61,823 bases of DNA, filler included, from Basidiobolus ranarum (GCA_040143965.1; 4 parts of 4 records of this genome joined end to end with filler, not necessarily neighbours in it); one strand, 5' to 3'. Positions 1 through 13,723 are shown, counted from the first letter of the whole stretch. Translations and numbers: made by a program. Notes: a model not told the origin generated them from the sequence alone.

Positions 1-1799
1 AACAAGAGGTGAGAGATATCTCTGGTCTTCGTTTCCCTGAGTCATTTCAGCATAGAATGGGGAGGTAGCTGTTACTCATGGTAGGTTCGCGTATGGTCTA
101 GTACTACGTTAGCTATGGTCTAGTTCCATTGACTGAGCTTCTTATGGCCCGAGTTCAGCACTTGGTTGTATAAAAGTTGCAGCTGCGAAACAAGGATCGG
201 CTTGTCATTTTGTCGAGCTGATGTGGATGAATCTAATACAAGTGTGATTCTTCATGGCGCAGCTGAGCGTTCATTATAGAGCTAATGTATATTATGAAAT
301 TGATTGACAACATGAGACCTCGTTGGCCCAAGGACACAGAGCTGATCGAGGTTTACTGGTAGGCACAGAAATAAAATCTGCGACCATCGAGAGTATATAT
401 TGTGATGAGCGATGGAGAGGAGCTCTGCTGGTTTTGTCTGACGGTAATGAACATCATTTATGACCAATGATTGGGGCGTATCAACACTCGATGGCCAAAT
501 GGCTAATCTTAAGGTAAATCTGCGACATTTTGATTTCGTGTATTTTTATCGATTGAATTGGCCTTCCCATTTAATAAATACCTTCTATATTGATTTAGTT
601 AGGAGTTGTGGGCTGAATCCAGTGTCGATCTACATGCCATCCATAGCTGAAGAGCCTAATAAGCTACAGCGAGGTTAGAGTTGCGATTGTGTCAGGCAAA
701 GTGGCAGAGCAATTATAAATGCAGAGGATGGGTGCTAGGCTGAGTATATTTCATGGTTTATTAGCAGTTGCTTATCAGCCAAGATGAACTTGGTGACTGT
801 TGGGCCTTTCCTTTTTTTGCACGTTACTGCCTAACTAGTGAACCTGAGAAGCATTTTACCAACAAAACCGTCAATGATGTACACTACAAAGAGGTTAGTT
901 TTAAGTAGTTAGCAAGAGTTCTTCCAACTAATAGGTGGTAAACTCCAAATTAAGACACCTCTTGACCTATGTATGAGGGTTTCTAGCAAAGAGTTTTAGA
1001 GAATGAACCTAGAAATAGCTAAATATGGTGCCAGAAAACTAAGAGGACTTGTTTAGCGCACAACATTCTAGTCGACTTCATTTCAACTATGCCGAAACCT
1101 GTAGCTGATACCATTTACCAAGAAAGTCAAATGTACATCAAAAAGAATAAAACATTCCAAGTCAGTGCAGGTATAAAGCCTTATTATGCCACTTTCGAAA
1201 CGGTCACTGCTCAATATATAACTGAATTTGATTTAATTTGAGCGCCATTACATGAAAGAGATATGAACTGTAAGGCCGGTCTCTTTATGCTTCCAGTTGC
1301 CTGGTAGTTCTCATGACCCTGTGTAGTTATGGCATGCTGATGTAATTTATTCAGTCTAAAATAGCATCATATTCTGTGTAGAGGCCATAGGGTTATATAT
1401 CTATATATGGACTTCTCTTAGTACCTCAGTCCACTTCGCACTATATTGGTATATTGCATTTTGCATGACTCAGTAGGCCCAGAGAAATAAGCCTTGAAGG
1501 TTTCAGGTCTCATGAGCACAACGTTCAGAAGTCACTTATTTTTTTTGGTGATTTTTTGGTGCATGCTGACGAAAACAGACCTTCATATTTGTACATAACA
1601 ATTCTTTCCTGTTGGTGATGTCTATGGTCTTTGCAATGTAACAATAGAAAGGCACTGTCATGATTCATCTCTTCTGCCACTGCAGTTATAGCAGAAGCCT
1701 ACGTAATTATCTTGCTACTTCCATGTCACTAGCTAGGTTTATGAAATATGGAGAAGTGTGAGCTTAATCACCAATCAAATATTAGGATAATGCTTCTAA

Positions 1800-2146
1800 T
1801 GTTAAAGTATTTGGGAGCCTGTTGGAGGTGGTTTGGAAAATTAGATGAATTGGTGGTTTTCACTTGTTGATTTATTGAATATTCAGTTGACATTTATAGT
1901 TTTGTCAAGATGTAAACAAACTAGCATGTAGAATGTGTTAATGAAGATCCCAGGAAAATATGTGCAAAGTTTGGGGCTTCTAACACAAGATTGAAAAATC
2001 TATATATCTGAGAACTTCTAAGTTGGTAAAAATATTCCAAGTAAATCTAATTGAGAATAATAGGTAATATCTTAGTGAAATATAAGATAACTAAGTACTA
2101 AGCTGTACATGACTATATAGGTGCTTAGGCAATGCTAATTTCAACA
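1800..2146 (-). mobile_element. Solo LTR, Ty1/copia family A (347 bp)
   Basis: TGTT...AACA termini with a perfect 5-bp target-site duplication TCTAA (1795-1799 and 2147-2151). Similar along its length to 29264-29611, 46790-47135 and 47577-47925. Orientation is taken from the PPT-adjacent copy at 47577. Confidence 0.9.
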
Positions 2147-2167
2147 TCTAAATCTACATGAAGTTTA

Positions 2168-2808
2168 TGTTGAAGTATTTTGGGAGTTATTGGAAGTAAT
2201 TTGGAGAACTAGAAAGAATTGATAGTTCTTACTTATTAATTTTTTGAGTTAACATCTATAGTCAGATAAGTAAACAAATAAATATGTAGAATGTGTTAAG
2301 AAAAGTGACAGGAACATATGTGCAAAGTGTAGGGCCTCTAGGACAGGTTTGAAAAACATATATATCTTTAAGCTTCTAAGAAAATTCTAATTGAAAGTTG
2401 CAGAAGATATTGTTGGATGATCAATCTTTATTCAGCATCTTAGTTAACATTAGCTATGATACATTTATCAGAAACAGAAAGCAACATATCTATAGCCCCT
2501 ATATTCTAAATAGGAATATCTCTATATCTATATAACAAGTATGTCTTATTAACCTCACTTATCTATTATATCTAATTACACAAACTTCTGAATATCTCAC
2601 ACAATTGATTTACTTCTCTACTATATAAGTCATCATATTCTCTTAAGAGTAAAGTAACCAAAAAACACTATCATATGTTGCCTCTAATATACAAAGTCTA
2701 TCCCCATTATGTCAAGATCCTCCAACAGATATCTTAGTCAAGCATGGAATATCTAAATACTAAGCTCTATATGACTATATAGATGCTTCGACTATGTTCA
2801 TTTCAACA
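2168..2808 (-). mobile_element. Diverged family A solo LTR, interrupted by a second LTR
   Basis: Starts TGTTGAAGTATTTTGGG and ends ATTTCAACA like 1800-2146. Flanks GTTTA/GCTTA (TSD with 1 mismatch). Homology breaks at 2410 and resumes at 2728. Confidence 0.8.
2411..2727. mobile_element. Nested solo LTR of a different family (317 bp)
   Basis: 7-bp terminal inverted repeat TGTTGGA...TCCAACA, perfect TSD GATAT (2406-2410 and 2728-2732), internal TATATAA. Confidence 0.8.
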
Positions 2809-2949
2809 GCTTACACCTTCCAATTGCATATGTTAATCACACATATTCACTGGTACTCAAAGATACTTCACTCTGTTTATTAGTGAGACATAAAGTTTGT
2901 ATTCCTCATAATTGTGAGGCTAAGCACATAGTTGTTGCACATTGTATTT

Positions 2950-3450
2950 TCCTGATTAAATTAAGTTGGCTCACAAACAGATCATATAAATCAGATATGA
3001 GTTAAGTGACTATACTTGGCAAGAAAATAGTAATGTATTGGTTGTATTCTTGTAATATGAAAGTTGGGTTAATATTCCTGATGACTTTGGTATACCCATC
3101 AGTTTTATAGCTTAAATAGACTATATCACCAACTAGTCTACCACTTGTATCACAATGTTTGAAATACACAGATCTAATGCTTTTGATGGTTCTGTTGTCA
3201 CAAGATGTTTTTTTGTTGAGGTTAGTCTGACTGGAGTATTACCTTATTATCATTGAAAGTAGTACTAAATCAAACAGTTGAAGGGCTTTGAGAATTCAAA
3301 TCAGATAATGAAATGCTTTTTGTGAATTGTGTCCTAGACAGCTCAGGAATGACTTTAATTCTCCCCTTAGTGACCTATCCAATGTATTACTGTTAGAAAT
3401 AAGGTAGCCATGCCTCATTCTCTAACAATGCAGTAGCACTATTTCACTTT
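2950..3450 (-). pseudogene. Possible eroded Ty3/gypsy integrase C-terminal relic
   Basis: Minus-strand translation gives VGDIVYL...GYTKVIRNINP and later FVSQLN, resembling the GDxVxL / GPxKV / FHVSQLK motifs. Many stops; boundaries approximate. Confidence 0.35.
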
Positions 3451-5708
3451 ATAAATTTGTATGTCAAATATTACTTTGCTTAGAAGTGGCTGATATAGAG
3501 AGTATTCAGTATTGAATGCTCAGAATATCTACTTAGAAGTTGTGATCTGCTGTTCAAACCAACTATGGGGGTAGCTCAATATATATATAAACCCACCTCA
3601 GTGAATAACCCAAATTTTCAGATTGTAATATAGTGTCATCTAACTGCAGAGAAATTCTCAAAATAATTTAGAATGGTTATTGTCAGCAAGTAGCTTAAGA
3701 TCCAAGCAATAAAATATATTCAGAGATAGGTACTTACAGAAGAATAGTGACATAAAATTCAACTTTCAGGTACTGAAAAATAATAAGAGGTAAGCAGTTG
3801 TAGACAAACATGTACATGAAGTTATTGACAAAATGACAGGGAAAGATAAACTCTGTATTGGACTTATATGTTTCCAACTTTTTCTCTAACTTCCTTAATC
3901 TTGATTCAAGATGACTATTCCTCTACATATCATCAGTGTATATAGAAATATCTATTCTTGACAGATTATAATACTTTATAAGAACCTACAAATATACTAT
4001 TTTCTCAGTATTCTCAAATCTGCCAAACAAACTTATTTTCAAGGCTTGGAGATTGCATTTTCATACTCTAATACTTTGATCCACATATACATTTGAGCCT
4101 CTGTAGAATTAAGAGTGAATTAGTAACAAGATACTTGCATTGTTGAAAAGGAAATATTGGATTTCATTATTATACTAAAATTTACTTACGAGTTATTGAC
4201 AAAGAGGTATTATTTAAAAATTAATGAGTAGTTAAGGTATATACTATTAGCATGCCTCGAGGCCAAACAGCTTGTTCTATCCTGGGGGCATTCAAACCAA
4301 GCATACACTCCATATGTCTTGGTATTTACCTTGTAAGAACTCATGTACATCCAAGATAGAAGAGAGCAAAGTATTGCTTCCAGTACTCCCAACTTCAATA
4401 ACCTAGCATTGATTTACAATGATAATAAGTTGCTACATCAAACTTTATATTTGGTGCTTGCTCTAACATGTTAAATGATGAGCAATAAGATTAGCCTCAA
4501 CTACATCTCAGAATTGTATAGGTTCAAATTCGACATTGTATTTAGCTATCTCATAAGAATTGTTGCAATTGCAAGAAATCACTGTTCTAGGAAGTTTCCT
4601 AGCGAGCATATTAACTCCAATGTCTTCGGTTTGGAATCTGTTTGCAGGGCTGATTCACTTTTGGAATAAAATAACGGAGCTTTTGATTGCTTTACGAAGC
4701 CCAAGCATCTTTTGGTATTGTCTACTCTATATAGAAATGGCTCTATATCTGACCAAGCACTACAAAGCATTCCCTCATGCTCAATTGGTATGGGAGAAAG
4801 GACATAGGCGCGCAGATATAGCTCTTTCAAGATATCCCATCTTGGAATAGGGTTACACAGACCTGTTAGTCGCCGGTTTAGTTCGGCTATAGTAGTTGGT
4901 TTTGTTTGATATCCTTCAATGCAACGGCTTTTAACCTCCAAGTATGATACGTTAGTTACTCGAAATTCATTTAAATGCTGCCCTAAATGAAGATGAATCC
5001 ATTTGGTCTGTACCAACGTTAGCCTATTTTCTAGGGATATCCACATTCAATGGAGTTTACCAATTTAAGCCGGCCATGGTGGAACTTCTCCCCATAGTAA
5101 GTCCCGTAAGCATGAGGAATATTTGATACGGGTATGAACATTACTGAGTCAAACAGAGCCAGGATTTTTGCGCACATTGGGTGTTCTTTCCACATTCCCA
5201 AAGATTATACTTCTTTCTAGTATACGAAGACTTGGCTGGGGTAGTCAGCTATCTTAGAATTCCTACAGTTCGTTTCTAGAGGTGTATGCCCCCATAAGCT
5301 AAGATTCAACTTCTAATAAGCCATTTCTCTAACGATGCAATTCGCCATCGATTGAATATCTGATCCACAGATGACTGCTACTGGTAGTGACTGTTTCTTT
5401 AGATTCCAGCCAACCACTGGCCATCACTAAGATTAGTGCTTACTCAACATATCCTGATAAATATAGTGATTAGACAGCTTTCTCACCAATGCCTCATGGA
5501 AATGTTTGACATTATAAAACCATTGACGAGTGCAGATAAAGTAGTCAAGTAACCTATTCTATCGACGGTGTTATTCTTATTGCTATCGTGTACTGGCTCA
5601 CATGTATCTTCGCATCACTATATAATCTCCTAGTGATTTGTTTACTTTGTACGTATCCCTTAATACCGAAACAAATCTCATTCGAAGTTCTGATTTACAT
5701 TGTCCCTA

Positions 5709-6182
5709 ATGAGCCTTAACTCGGCTCTCCCCTCAACCCATAGTGAGGCTCTTACTGGAGTTCAACCACGACACAGTGTTGCTGCATCTACTCGTACGTC
5801 CACACAATTCACAGACGATGTACAGTCAATAGTGGTCAAAGTAGGAAGCGATCGTAAGCCAATCGTAATAGATGTGACAGACAATACGGATGCCAAGGTA
5901 CCCTTACAAGTCAAGGTTGAATGTGTACAAAATCTCAACCAAGTTCAAGGTAAAGATGAAGATCGAATAGGTAATGTTGCCGATGAAAATTGTACACCAA
6001 GTACACGAGGCAATCGGTCTGAAGACGGCCAGGAAGTTGATGTGTCAGAAAATCAATCTCATTCAGAGCAAAAAGAACCTAATGAGCATATTTCTGCTCA
6101 GTTATCAGGAATAACTCGCACAGATCCAGATAGTGTTCACACAGTTCACGAAGAAGGTGCTGCTGAAATGCAAATAGATTAG
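5709..6182 (+). CDS. Hypothetical single-exon protein, acidic and low-complexity (~157 aa)
   Basis: Uninterrupted ORF from ATG 5709 with TATATAA about 90 bp upstream and protein-like composition. No recognisable domain. Confidence 0.55.
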   Translation: MSLNSALPSTHSEALTGVQPRHSVAASTRTSTQFTDDVQSIVVKVGSDRKPIVIDVTDNTDAKVPLQVKVECVQNLNQVQGKDEDRIGNVADENCTPSTRGNRSEDGQEVDVSENQSHSEQKEPNEHISAQLSGITRTDPDSVHTVHEEGAAEMQID

Positions 6183-7850
6183 TGGATCCCTGAGATATTA
6201 TTGTATTAAATCATAAGCTAGAACCTGTATTTCCACCAAATGAACATCAAGTGCATTTCACTACTTTCCCCCCGTAAAATACAGGTATTGTGTATTGCTA
6301 GAGAAGACGACCCACTCGTATAATAAAATAAGAAATCCACAACTTCTAACATCAAGATGAGAGCTACCATAATTAAGTCATTGCAATGGTATATTCTATA
6401 ACCTCCAATGTATCTAGCGCACTCTGTCCCCTGCTAACAGTGCATTAAAGTTAAAAAACGAAGCATACCACTGTTCTTCCATATGAAGATGAATTTAGGA
6501 GTAGTTTATATAATAAGGTTACATTCTTATGCCAAAAGTTACATTCCTTTGCTTACGGCTGCCCAGTTTTACTTTTAGTTGCAGAAGTACTGCATTTAAC
6601 TTCATTTTGAGGTCAGGCCACATCTATTCAAATTTTCATTACATCATTTTTACTAGCATTCGGACCCTTGGTATCGTCACCCTGATCAAATTATACTCTT
6701 TCCTTAATAGTACAAAAAGTGCACACGAGAACCCACGTGCTCCAGCATCAGCACAAGTGATATCGAGCTGCTGATTGGATGGTGCGTGTATTTCCCATAG
6801 TATTTAGAAACCTCAACTCGAATTCAATTGCCGTTGAGAGCATTTCAAGATCGATCCTGACCTGAAAATTACAAGTTAGTTTGCATAATGTAAACAAATG
6901 CAAGTGCTCTTTACCACCTAGTTTTGCTGAAACCTGTTGTGAAAAGGTCCCTTTAACAAGTGTTGGCCTGACGATAAGACGTGTAATCGATGAATTATAT
7001 CACTGGCAAAGGAGATTTATTGGTAGAGTTCTATATCATGTACTCCAAGGATTGATGCTGGTGAGTCTACTTGCATGTCAATTCCTTCCTTTGTTTTCTT
7101 TCTCGGGATATCTCAGGCCACTTATTTGAAACCAAGACGTGTATTGATGAAGGGGAATTTGAGTATTCGCAGAGAAGGAAACGACACTACTCAATCGATA
7201 CTATTTTCCTGATCTTTTGGACACATTCCATAAGAATGGCAAAGGAGATTTCATATCAGAGTGTACTGTTACTATACAGGCCATGATACATATTTTATGA
7301 AACGAATTGATATTTTTGAATGGTTTTCGTTAAAATGAAGAAAACCTTAATTCTTCATATTCATTAATCCCCTTTTATGCATACCCCTAATCTAATACAA
7401 CGCAAGTATACTCGTGTTTAGAAAGTATATATACTCGCAATGCCTTTTGAGATAGTTTGGGGCAATCGTCTTCAAAGTATCACCAGTCATTCTTCCATCC
7501 CAGCAAATATTTTCTGACGTTACTTCAGTTTTCATCCCAACAAACAAACACGATCTTTCCTTTCACTTGAAGATTGTTCCGAATTTCCAATTATTGAATA
7601 GTTACAGTGATCGGAAATTCCATATCTTTTTTCCAAACGAAACTTGAAATTAACTTACCTTTGCTAATTCTTTAAATAGCTAACTTCAGAAATTCTTCTA
7701 CTCAACTGAAATCCCTTACCCCTTGATTATAAACATAACCCTTCTTGTCTACTTTCACAGAAAGTTCAAAATCTAACTGAGTTTTTCAATATAAGTGTAG
7801 TGAAATAGCTCAAACTATAAGTAGCACACTAGTCCAGAATCTCTTCTAGT

Positions 7851-9496
7851 ATGGTTACATTCTCTACGGATGTATGGGCACCAGCGCTTGGAAATACAGT
7901 CAGCAGAAGGCCGGCCGAAGTACGCTCAAGAAAAATCTCCAATACTGGATTTAAACCAAGACGCAGAACAAGCCACAAAGCCAGATACATAAACAAGGAG
8001 ACTGGTACTAACTACTTCGCAAATACTGACAATGTACTTTCTCTTGTATTGGTAGATGAAGAAGAGATAATTTCTTCTGGTACGGTACGAAGTGGAATCA
8101 CTACCACAGAAATTACCAAACCCAAGTTTTTTCGAAAACTTCAAAAACATATTGACTCAAAATTGAGCGGGAGTTCATCAAGCTCATCGGAAGACAATGC
8201 TACCAATGTCTCCAGTTTGAGTGACCGTGTTACACCCTCTTTAAAGAGAAACTCTCTCGTAGAGAAATACGGCGTCTGTAAAAAGGGAAGTATAGGTAGA
8301 GGGGCCACCTCGATCGTGAAGTTGGCTTATAAAATAGAGATGGATGCTAAGAGTGGTGTGACAAGTGAGAAAACCTATGCGATCAAAGAGTTCCGTAAAC
8401 GTAAGAAGGATGAGACGGAAAGGGAATACTTGAAGAAGTTGGCCAGTGAATTTTGTATCAGCTCCTCTCTGCATCACGTCAATATAGTGGAGACAGTGGA
8501 TTTGGTCCAAGATGAAAATAGTCAATGGTGCCAGGTCATGGTATGTTCCTACTATTCTACTTTAGCAGTAGTTTATCTCGGAAGGCTGATTTTATGGCCA
8601 ATCCTTTAGGAATATTGCTCTGGTGGCGATCTGTACAACGCAATCAAGGCCGGGGCAATGTCCGAAATGGAGGTTAATTGTTGCTTTAAACAACTAATAA
8701 CCGGGCTAGATTATCTGCATTCAATGGGGGTGGCCCATAGGTAGGTATCTGTGAAGACTCATTACAAGAATCCAAAAGTTGACAGTTTACGGATACTAGG
8801 GATATTAAACCAGAAAATATATTGCTGGATGAGAATGGCTACTTGAAGATTACTGACTTTGGTGTATCAGACGTTTTTAAAATGGGTTGGGAGAGAAAGT
8901 GTCATAAGTCTAGAGGAATCTGTGGTTCTGGTACTCTAAACCTTTGGCTATTATTTGTTCCTTTATTTCTCATGCTCACCTTTACTCGTTGGAAAACACC
9001 TCTAGAGCCTTATATTGCACCAGAAGCATTCACCACCAAAGAGTATGATGGACGTAAATTCGACATTTGGTAGGTTAATACACTTTACCCTTTCCACTGA
9101 AGGCTTAGTAATCAATTTCGGTAAATGTAGGGCATGTGGGATCGTGTATTATACCATGATGTATCGCGGGATTCCATTCAGGATCGCCAATTTGAATGAA
9201 CCAACCTATGTGCAATTTCTAGATTCACGTAGACTTGGCAATTATGAACCTATAATGAGGTTGCCTGAAGGATGCCGAAATCTAATGTTGAAAATATTGG
9301 AGCCTAATCCTGATTTAAGAATTTCCACTGAGGAAATATTGAAGGACAAGGTAAGTAAAGAGGGGTATCTACACTATTTTATAGAAATTAGCGTGACTGA
9401 CTCCTTTTTTGCTAGTGGTTTATGAATGTAGAAACCTGTTGTAGTGGTAACGCTGTTCACCACCACATACCAGCAAAATCCTCCAGCTCAGGTTAA
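7851..9496 (+). CDS. Ser/Thr protein kinase, HAL/NPR (Hrk1/Sat4-like) family; 6 exons
   Basis: GRGATS loop, YAIKEF, SEFCISSSLHHVNIVET, HRDIKPEN (spliced 8740/8800), DFG, CGSEPYIAPE. Introns 8541-8609, 8741-8799, 8931-9005, 9070-9130, 9351-9415. Confidence 0.93.
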
Positions 9497-9978
9497 ATGC
9501 AGCCACCACATAGTGCGACTTAATTAAGGCGGCTTGGCTAGGAATCGGTAACCTTCCTAAATCAGACTGATGAGTTGCCATCGTTCACTCTGACTGTATC
9601 TCCAACAGAATTGTTTACAACCATTTACCCTTAATTACTGTAGTCTTCGAATAAACATATACACTAGAAATCGACTCACTAATTTATAGTATAATAAAGC
9701 ACTGCCAACACAATCTTGATTACTGACCTACAACACGATTCTCATGCCCACCCTGTTGGTGAATGGTTGATCTCCCTCAGCAAACAGTCACCCTTGAGAC
9801 TCGCAAGTCACAACAACTGACAGTTGGGCTAGATCTAGCTTTTCATCAACTACGGATGAAGTAAATGGATCAAATGACTAAATGCATGTTAGATGTCTGT
9901 ATATAGCCGCAAAGGAACTAATCCATAGATACCTATATAAATAACCCACTCAAACGTCGAAGATCCTAACTCAAAAAG

Positions 9979-12337
9979 ATGTACCAAAGCGTAGGTAGGC
10001 TACCCTCACCTGTGGAAGATACACAACCTGACGGATATTGGAAAGTGAGTGCAGCAATAGTACTACCATCGGAGAGATAGCAAGCCACTAAGAGTATAGA
10101 AATTAGTTACCCATCTTTCAGGACTATAGAGAGTTGTTTGGAATCAATAGTGAACTATTATTGAAAATCGAGAGAGAGACCCATGTCTCTTTGATCTATA
10201 ACGAGTCGGACAAAGTGATTTTCAATGCGACCTACTTAATTAGTAAAATGACTCATAACTCACTCTCTTCAGTATTTAGAGATCCGAGGAGAATTGAATG
10301 ATGTTACCAGTGCCATTTCTCTACTTGACCAAAGAGCAAACTATTTGAAAGAGGTAATCTTCATTACTTCATTTGCAGCCTAAGCAATAATCTACGTTAC
10401 TAAATATTACTTTAGGTTAATCAAAGGGGGGAACCCAGGTCCAAAAAGAAACCTCTACGATGTCGAAACATAAATGAGGCCATGCGAGTACGAATGGATG
10501 AAGTAAAGAAGCTGCAAACAAGGTTGGCAAGACTATCCAGAGCCCCAATGGTGTATACACCATGCTCTTATTTTATGGAAATACCCCGTTCCATGATATA
10601 TTTATTGAGAAGGAAGGAAAAGCTGTTAAACGATATAAGAATCTCAACCAATTCGCATATCTGGTGTGATCATATAAAGAAAGTACGTATTAGGTGTACT
10701 ATAGATATGTGACTTCTGTTAAACTAAAGGGCTTCTCAATGCAGCATCTGAACATCCAAAGTTACAACTTTGGAGAATTTTATTCCGCTCGCGATGCAAT
10801 TAAACGTTTTGTTACCGAGTTGGTATGGCTATGCTGTATTACCCTAACTGCCACAATAGACGATACTGATCTGAATATCTACTAGACAGAAGATCTTATT
10901 GACGAAACTAAACACTTTCATTTACTGGAGCCTTTATTTGAAAATGACTTGATTACATTTCGTGAACAGCCAGACATTCGAGCGAGTACGCCATTCATGC
11001 TTGTAGAACCATCACAAGGACAAGGAATGGTAGAGGAGACAAATCCGATGCCAAGGTAAGTCATGTCTGGCATAGTAATTCCATGTCTACAACTTTAATA
11101 TACACATGACTAGGAGTACCACTCTTGATATTGCTACGAAACTAAAAAGATTTCTACTGAGCGGATTGGAGAAGCTACAATTCTACCGTAGCAAGATCCA
11201 GTTAGAAGCTAGGAAAGTAAACTACCTCTTCATTTCGAATAACCTCATCAATTTATTTAAACACGTTTCCATAGCTTTGGAAGATTTGCCGTCACAGATA
11301 AAAAATATAAAGATATGTGGGGACTACCAGAAGTAGTTCAAGAGACTGTATTAACTTCTGACCTGGATTATACGTTTCTATCTAGGTAGTATATCATTTT
11401 TTACCTTGCTTGATATTACTTTCTGAATTTGTTAAAGAATTCATGAGGGGCCGGAGCAGAACCCTATCACGAGGTATCTCGAGTACTTCAAAACCGAATC
11501 CACCGAATGCGTAAACAACCCACAAACTCGCTATCGGATACATTTTACCGACGGGAATTCACTCGAATTCAAGCTCAGTGGGAGCATTATCTCTTCGGCT
11601 GTCTTGACATGTGAACCTCATGTCTTGACGGTGGTGAATAAGATATTTCCAGAATGGTAGAGGTTATGCATCAACTGAAAATGAATGGTTCAATTTATCC
11701 ATCAATAATTTAGTTTCTTCGATTTACAAATAGAACTATCGGCCAGTAAGATTAGAGAGAATTCAGAAGAAGTTTCCCTTTTCTTAAACAACATACAATC
11801 GAAGTAATTTTACTGTATTAACAGCAATATGTGCACACTCAAGTTCAGCTATTAAACTGTTCCAATTTCAGTCAGGATGGAATTACTTTTCTCAACACCG
11901 GTGACCTCATAGTGGAGAAGATGACAAAAATACGAAGTTGGCATTTTATCGGACTACCTAGAGATTGGATAGTGGAACTTCAGGAGCAATTCGAGTATGA
12001 TTACAAACACCGAGGAATGATTGGCTTTACCATGAAAGAAACCGATGGAGAACTCTTCCAAACAGTGAAGATTAAGGTATCAATCTCTGTGTTTACTATA
12101 TCCGTCTTCTATTCACTTCATGGAAACTGCTCAATTCTTTAGATATACAGAGAATATTGGAAAGATTCTCTGGTTAAAAACGAATCTCTACGTTCCTCAA
12201 ATCTCCCCTATTGGGATCTAGAAGAGGTGATCGACAGGAATGATTTCATTATTTTACAAAAATACATCAACAAGCTCTTGAATGGCTTTGCTACCAAGTG
12301 CTTGAATACAAATTTATCAAGAACTTACTCAACTTAG
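9979..12337 (+). CDS. Multi-exon hypothetical protein with two degenerate KH-like segments
   Basis: About 11-12 open exons bounded by short GT-AG introns; the last exon 12143-12337 ends at TAG. Segments LLKIERETHVSLIY..YLEIRGELNDVTSAISLL and LLNDIRISTNSHIW..HLNIQS resemble KH folds without GxxG. Confidence 0.6.
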
Positions 12338-12621
12338 TATTTGCTGCAATTCGCTCTATCAGTTTACTTATTGAATCAATATAATTTGTACACCACTAAA
12401 ATCTACCTCACCAATATACTATGAAATGGCCATCATTACACCAATGTTACAGCTTGATGTAGAAGTAATTTCTACTTGACAACGTTGGGAGCTCTCGCAT
12501 GAACCATTAAAATGTATTCAGTAGCAACACTCGTCAGCAACGTTGCCGTCAACACTGTTCAACTGGTTCAAAAAATAACATGAGACTAGCACCAAAATCC
12601 ACATAATAGGATAAAACTCTA

Positions 12622-13723
12622 TCAATCCTGGGTAGATGATGATATCGGAGGTGGTGGTGGAGGTGGTAACTCTTCGTCAGAGTCGAACTCTACATCCTCA
12701 TCTTTAATAAAATTGCCATCCTCATCTCTAAGTAAATAGAATATAGTAAGTAAGATATGTACCACATTAGTAATTACTTTCCAAACATTTTGATACTTTA
12801 CCGTTTCCAACCTGCCTGTTATGGTGATTATAACGAGAAAAGTAGCCATTAGTTGTTTTTAGAGCAAAGAACACAAGGATTTTATCTCTTCAACTTACTT
12901 GTATTAACTGTAGATGGTATTTTTCTAATGCTATTTTATGTTCTTCTTCAGGCAATACGTGCAGGCTTTCATTATTCAGAGTTGGTTTTTGCTTTTGTTT
13001 AGGGTTTTTCTGGCTGGGCATCATCCAAGGGAATACATAATCATGTGTGTCATGCGTAGCAGTTATAGCAGGTACTACTTTTTTTACTACTGGTTGTTGT
13101 CGAGGTATTTGAGGTTGAAAAATTGATTGGCGATCTTCTCGCTCACTCCGCTTAGTGGAGAAAGGATTATACCGTGGACCAGGTAAAAGAGCTTTGGTCA
13201 TTTTTTCTTTTGTTTTCGACAATAAAGGCAGTGAGGGAGAAATCGTTTCCTGCGATGTCTGTTAAAATGAAATAAATGCGTCAGTCAAAAACTCTCGAAT
13301 CAGAATAACTAAATTTTAAGCTACCTGCGAAGAAGGTGATTTTTTGGTCAGGAAATCTTCTCTTTCTATCTCGATTAAACACTTCGTTAGGAGGGGAGTA
13401 CTAAAATATCCGAATTTGATAGACCAAGAACAATGGGTATACCTTGCCGATGCTTTCTGCCCTTTCTGTGCACTGATAGTTGTTTGATATCGTCAATAAT
13501 CGGCCTCCATCTACATACCAAACACTTGTATTTTCCATTTGCTAGTAGTACGGCTTCATTGGGTGGGATTTTCTCGACTAACAACTCATCTGTCTGCAAA
13601 GTTGTAAACAGTACGTAAGTAGTGTTTTCTCTTGTATGAATTCACTATTATATTGAAGATTACCAAACGTTTCGTATGTAAATTGTTTTGAGCTTTACTT
13701 CTCTCTCCAGTAAGTTTAAACAT
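12622..13723 (-). CDS. SCNM1: Sodium channel modifier 1 homolog (minor spliceosome zinc-finger protein)
   Basis: Spliced N-terminus MFKLTGERSKAQNNLHTKRL|TDELL..IPPNEAVLLANGKYKCLVCRWRP..HRKGRKH (zf-SCNM1) and acidic C-terminus DEDGNFIKDEDVEFDSDEE. Confidence 0.85.

Noticed and set aside
80..720. Faint LINE endonuclease-like fragments on the minus strand (YAP..VADFISV..LDH)
   Set aside because: Motifs are too degenerate and lie in different frames; a profile search is needed.
1269..1520. Possible gypsy-type solo LTR (TGTAAG start, TATA-like tract)
   Set aside because: No matching terminus or TSD, and no second copy in the window.
4210..5300. Minus-strand ORFs loosely resembling a non-LTR RT C-terminus
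   Set aside because: No intact YADD or QG motif; cannot be supported by eye.
7004..7251. 15-bp direct repeat TGGCAAAGGAGATTT, 233 bp apart
   Set aside because: Only two copies with no further structure; not CRISPR-like, function unsupported.
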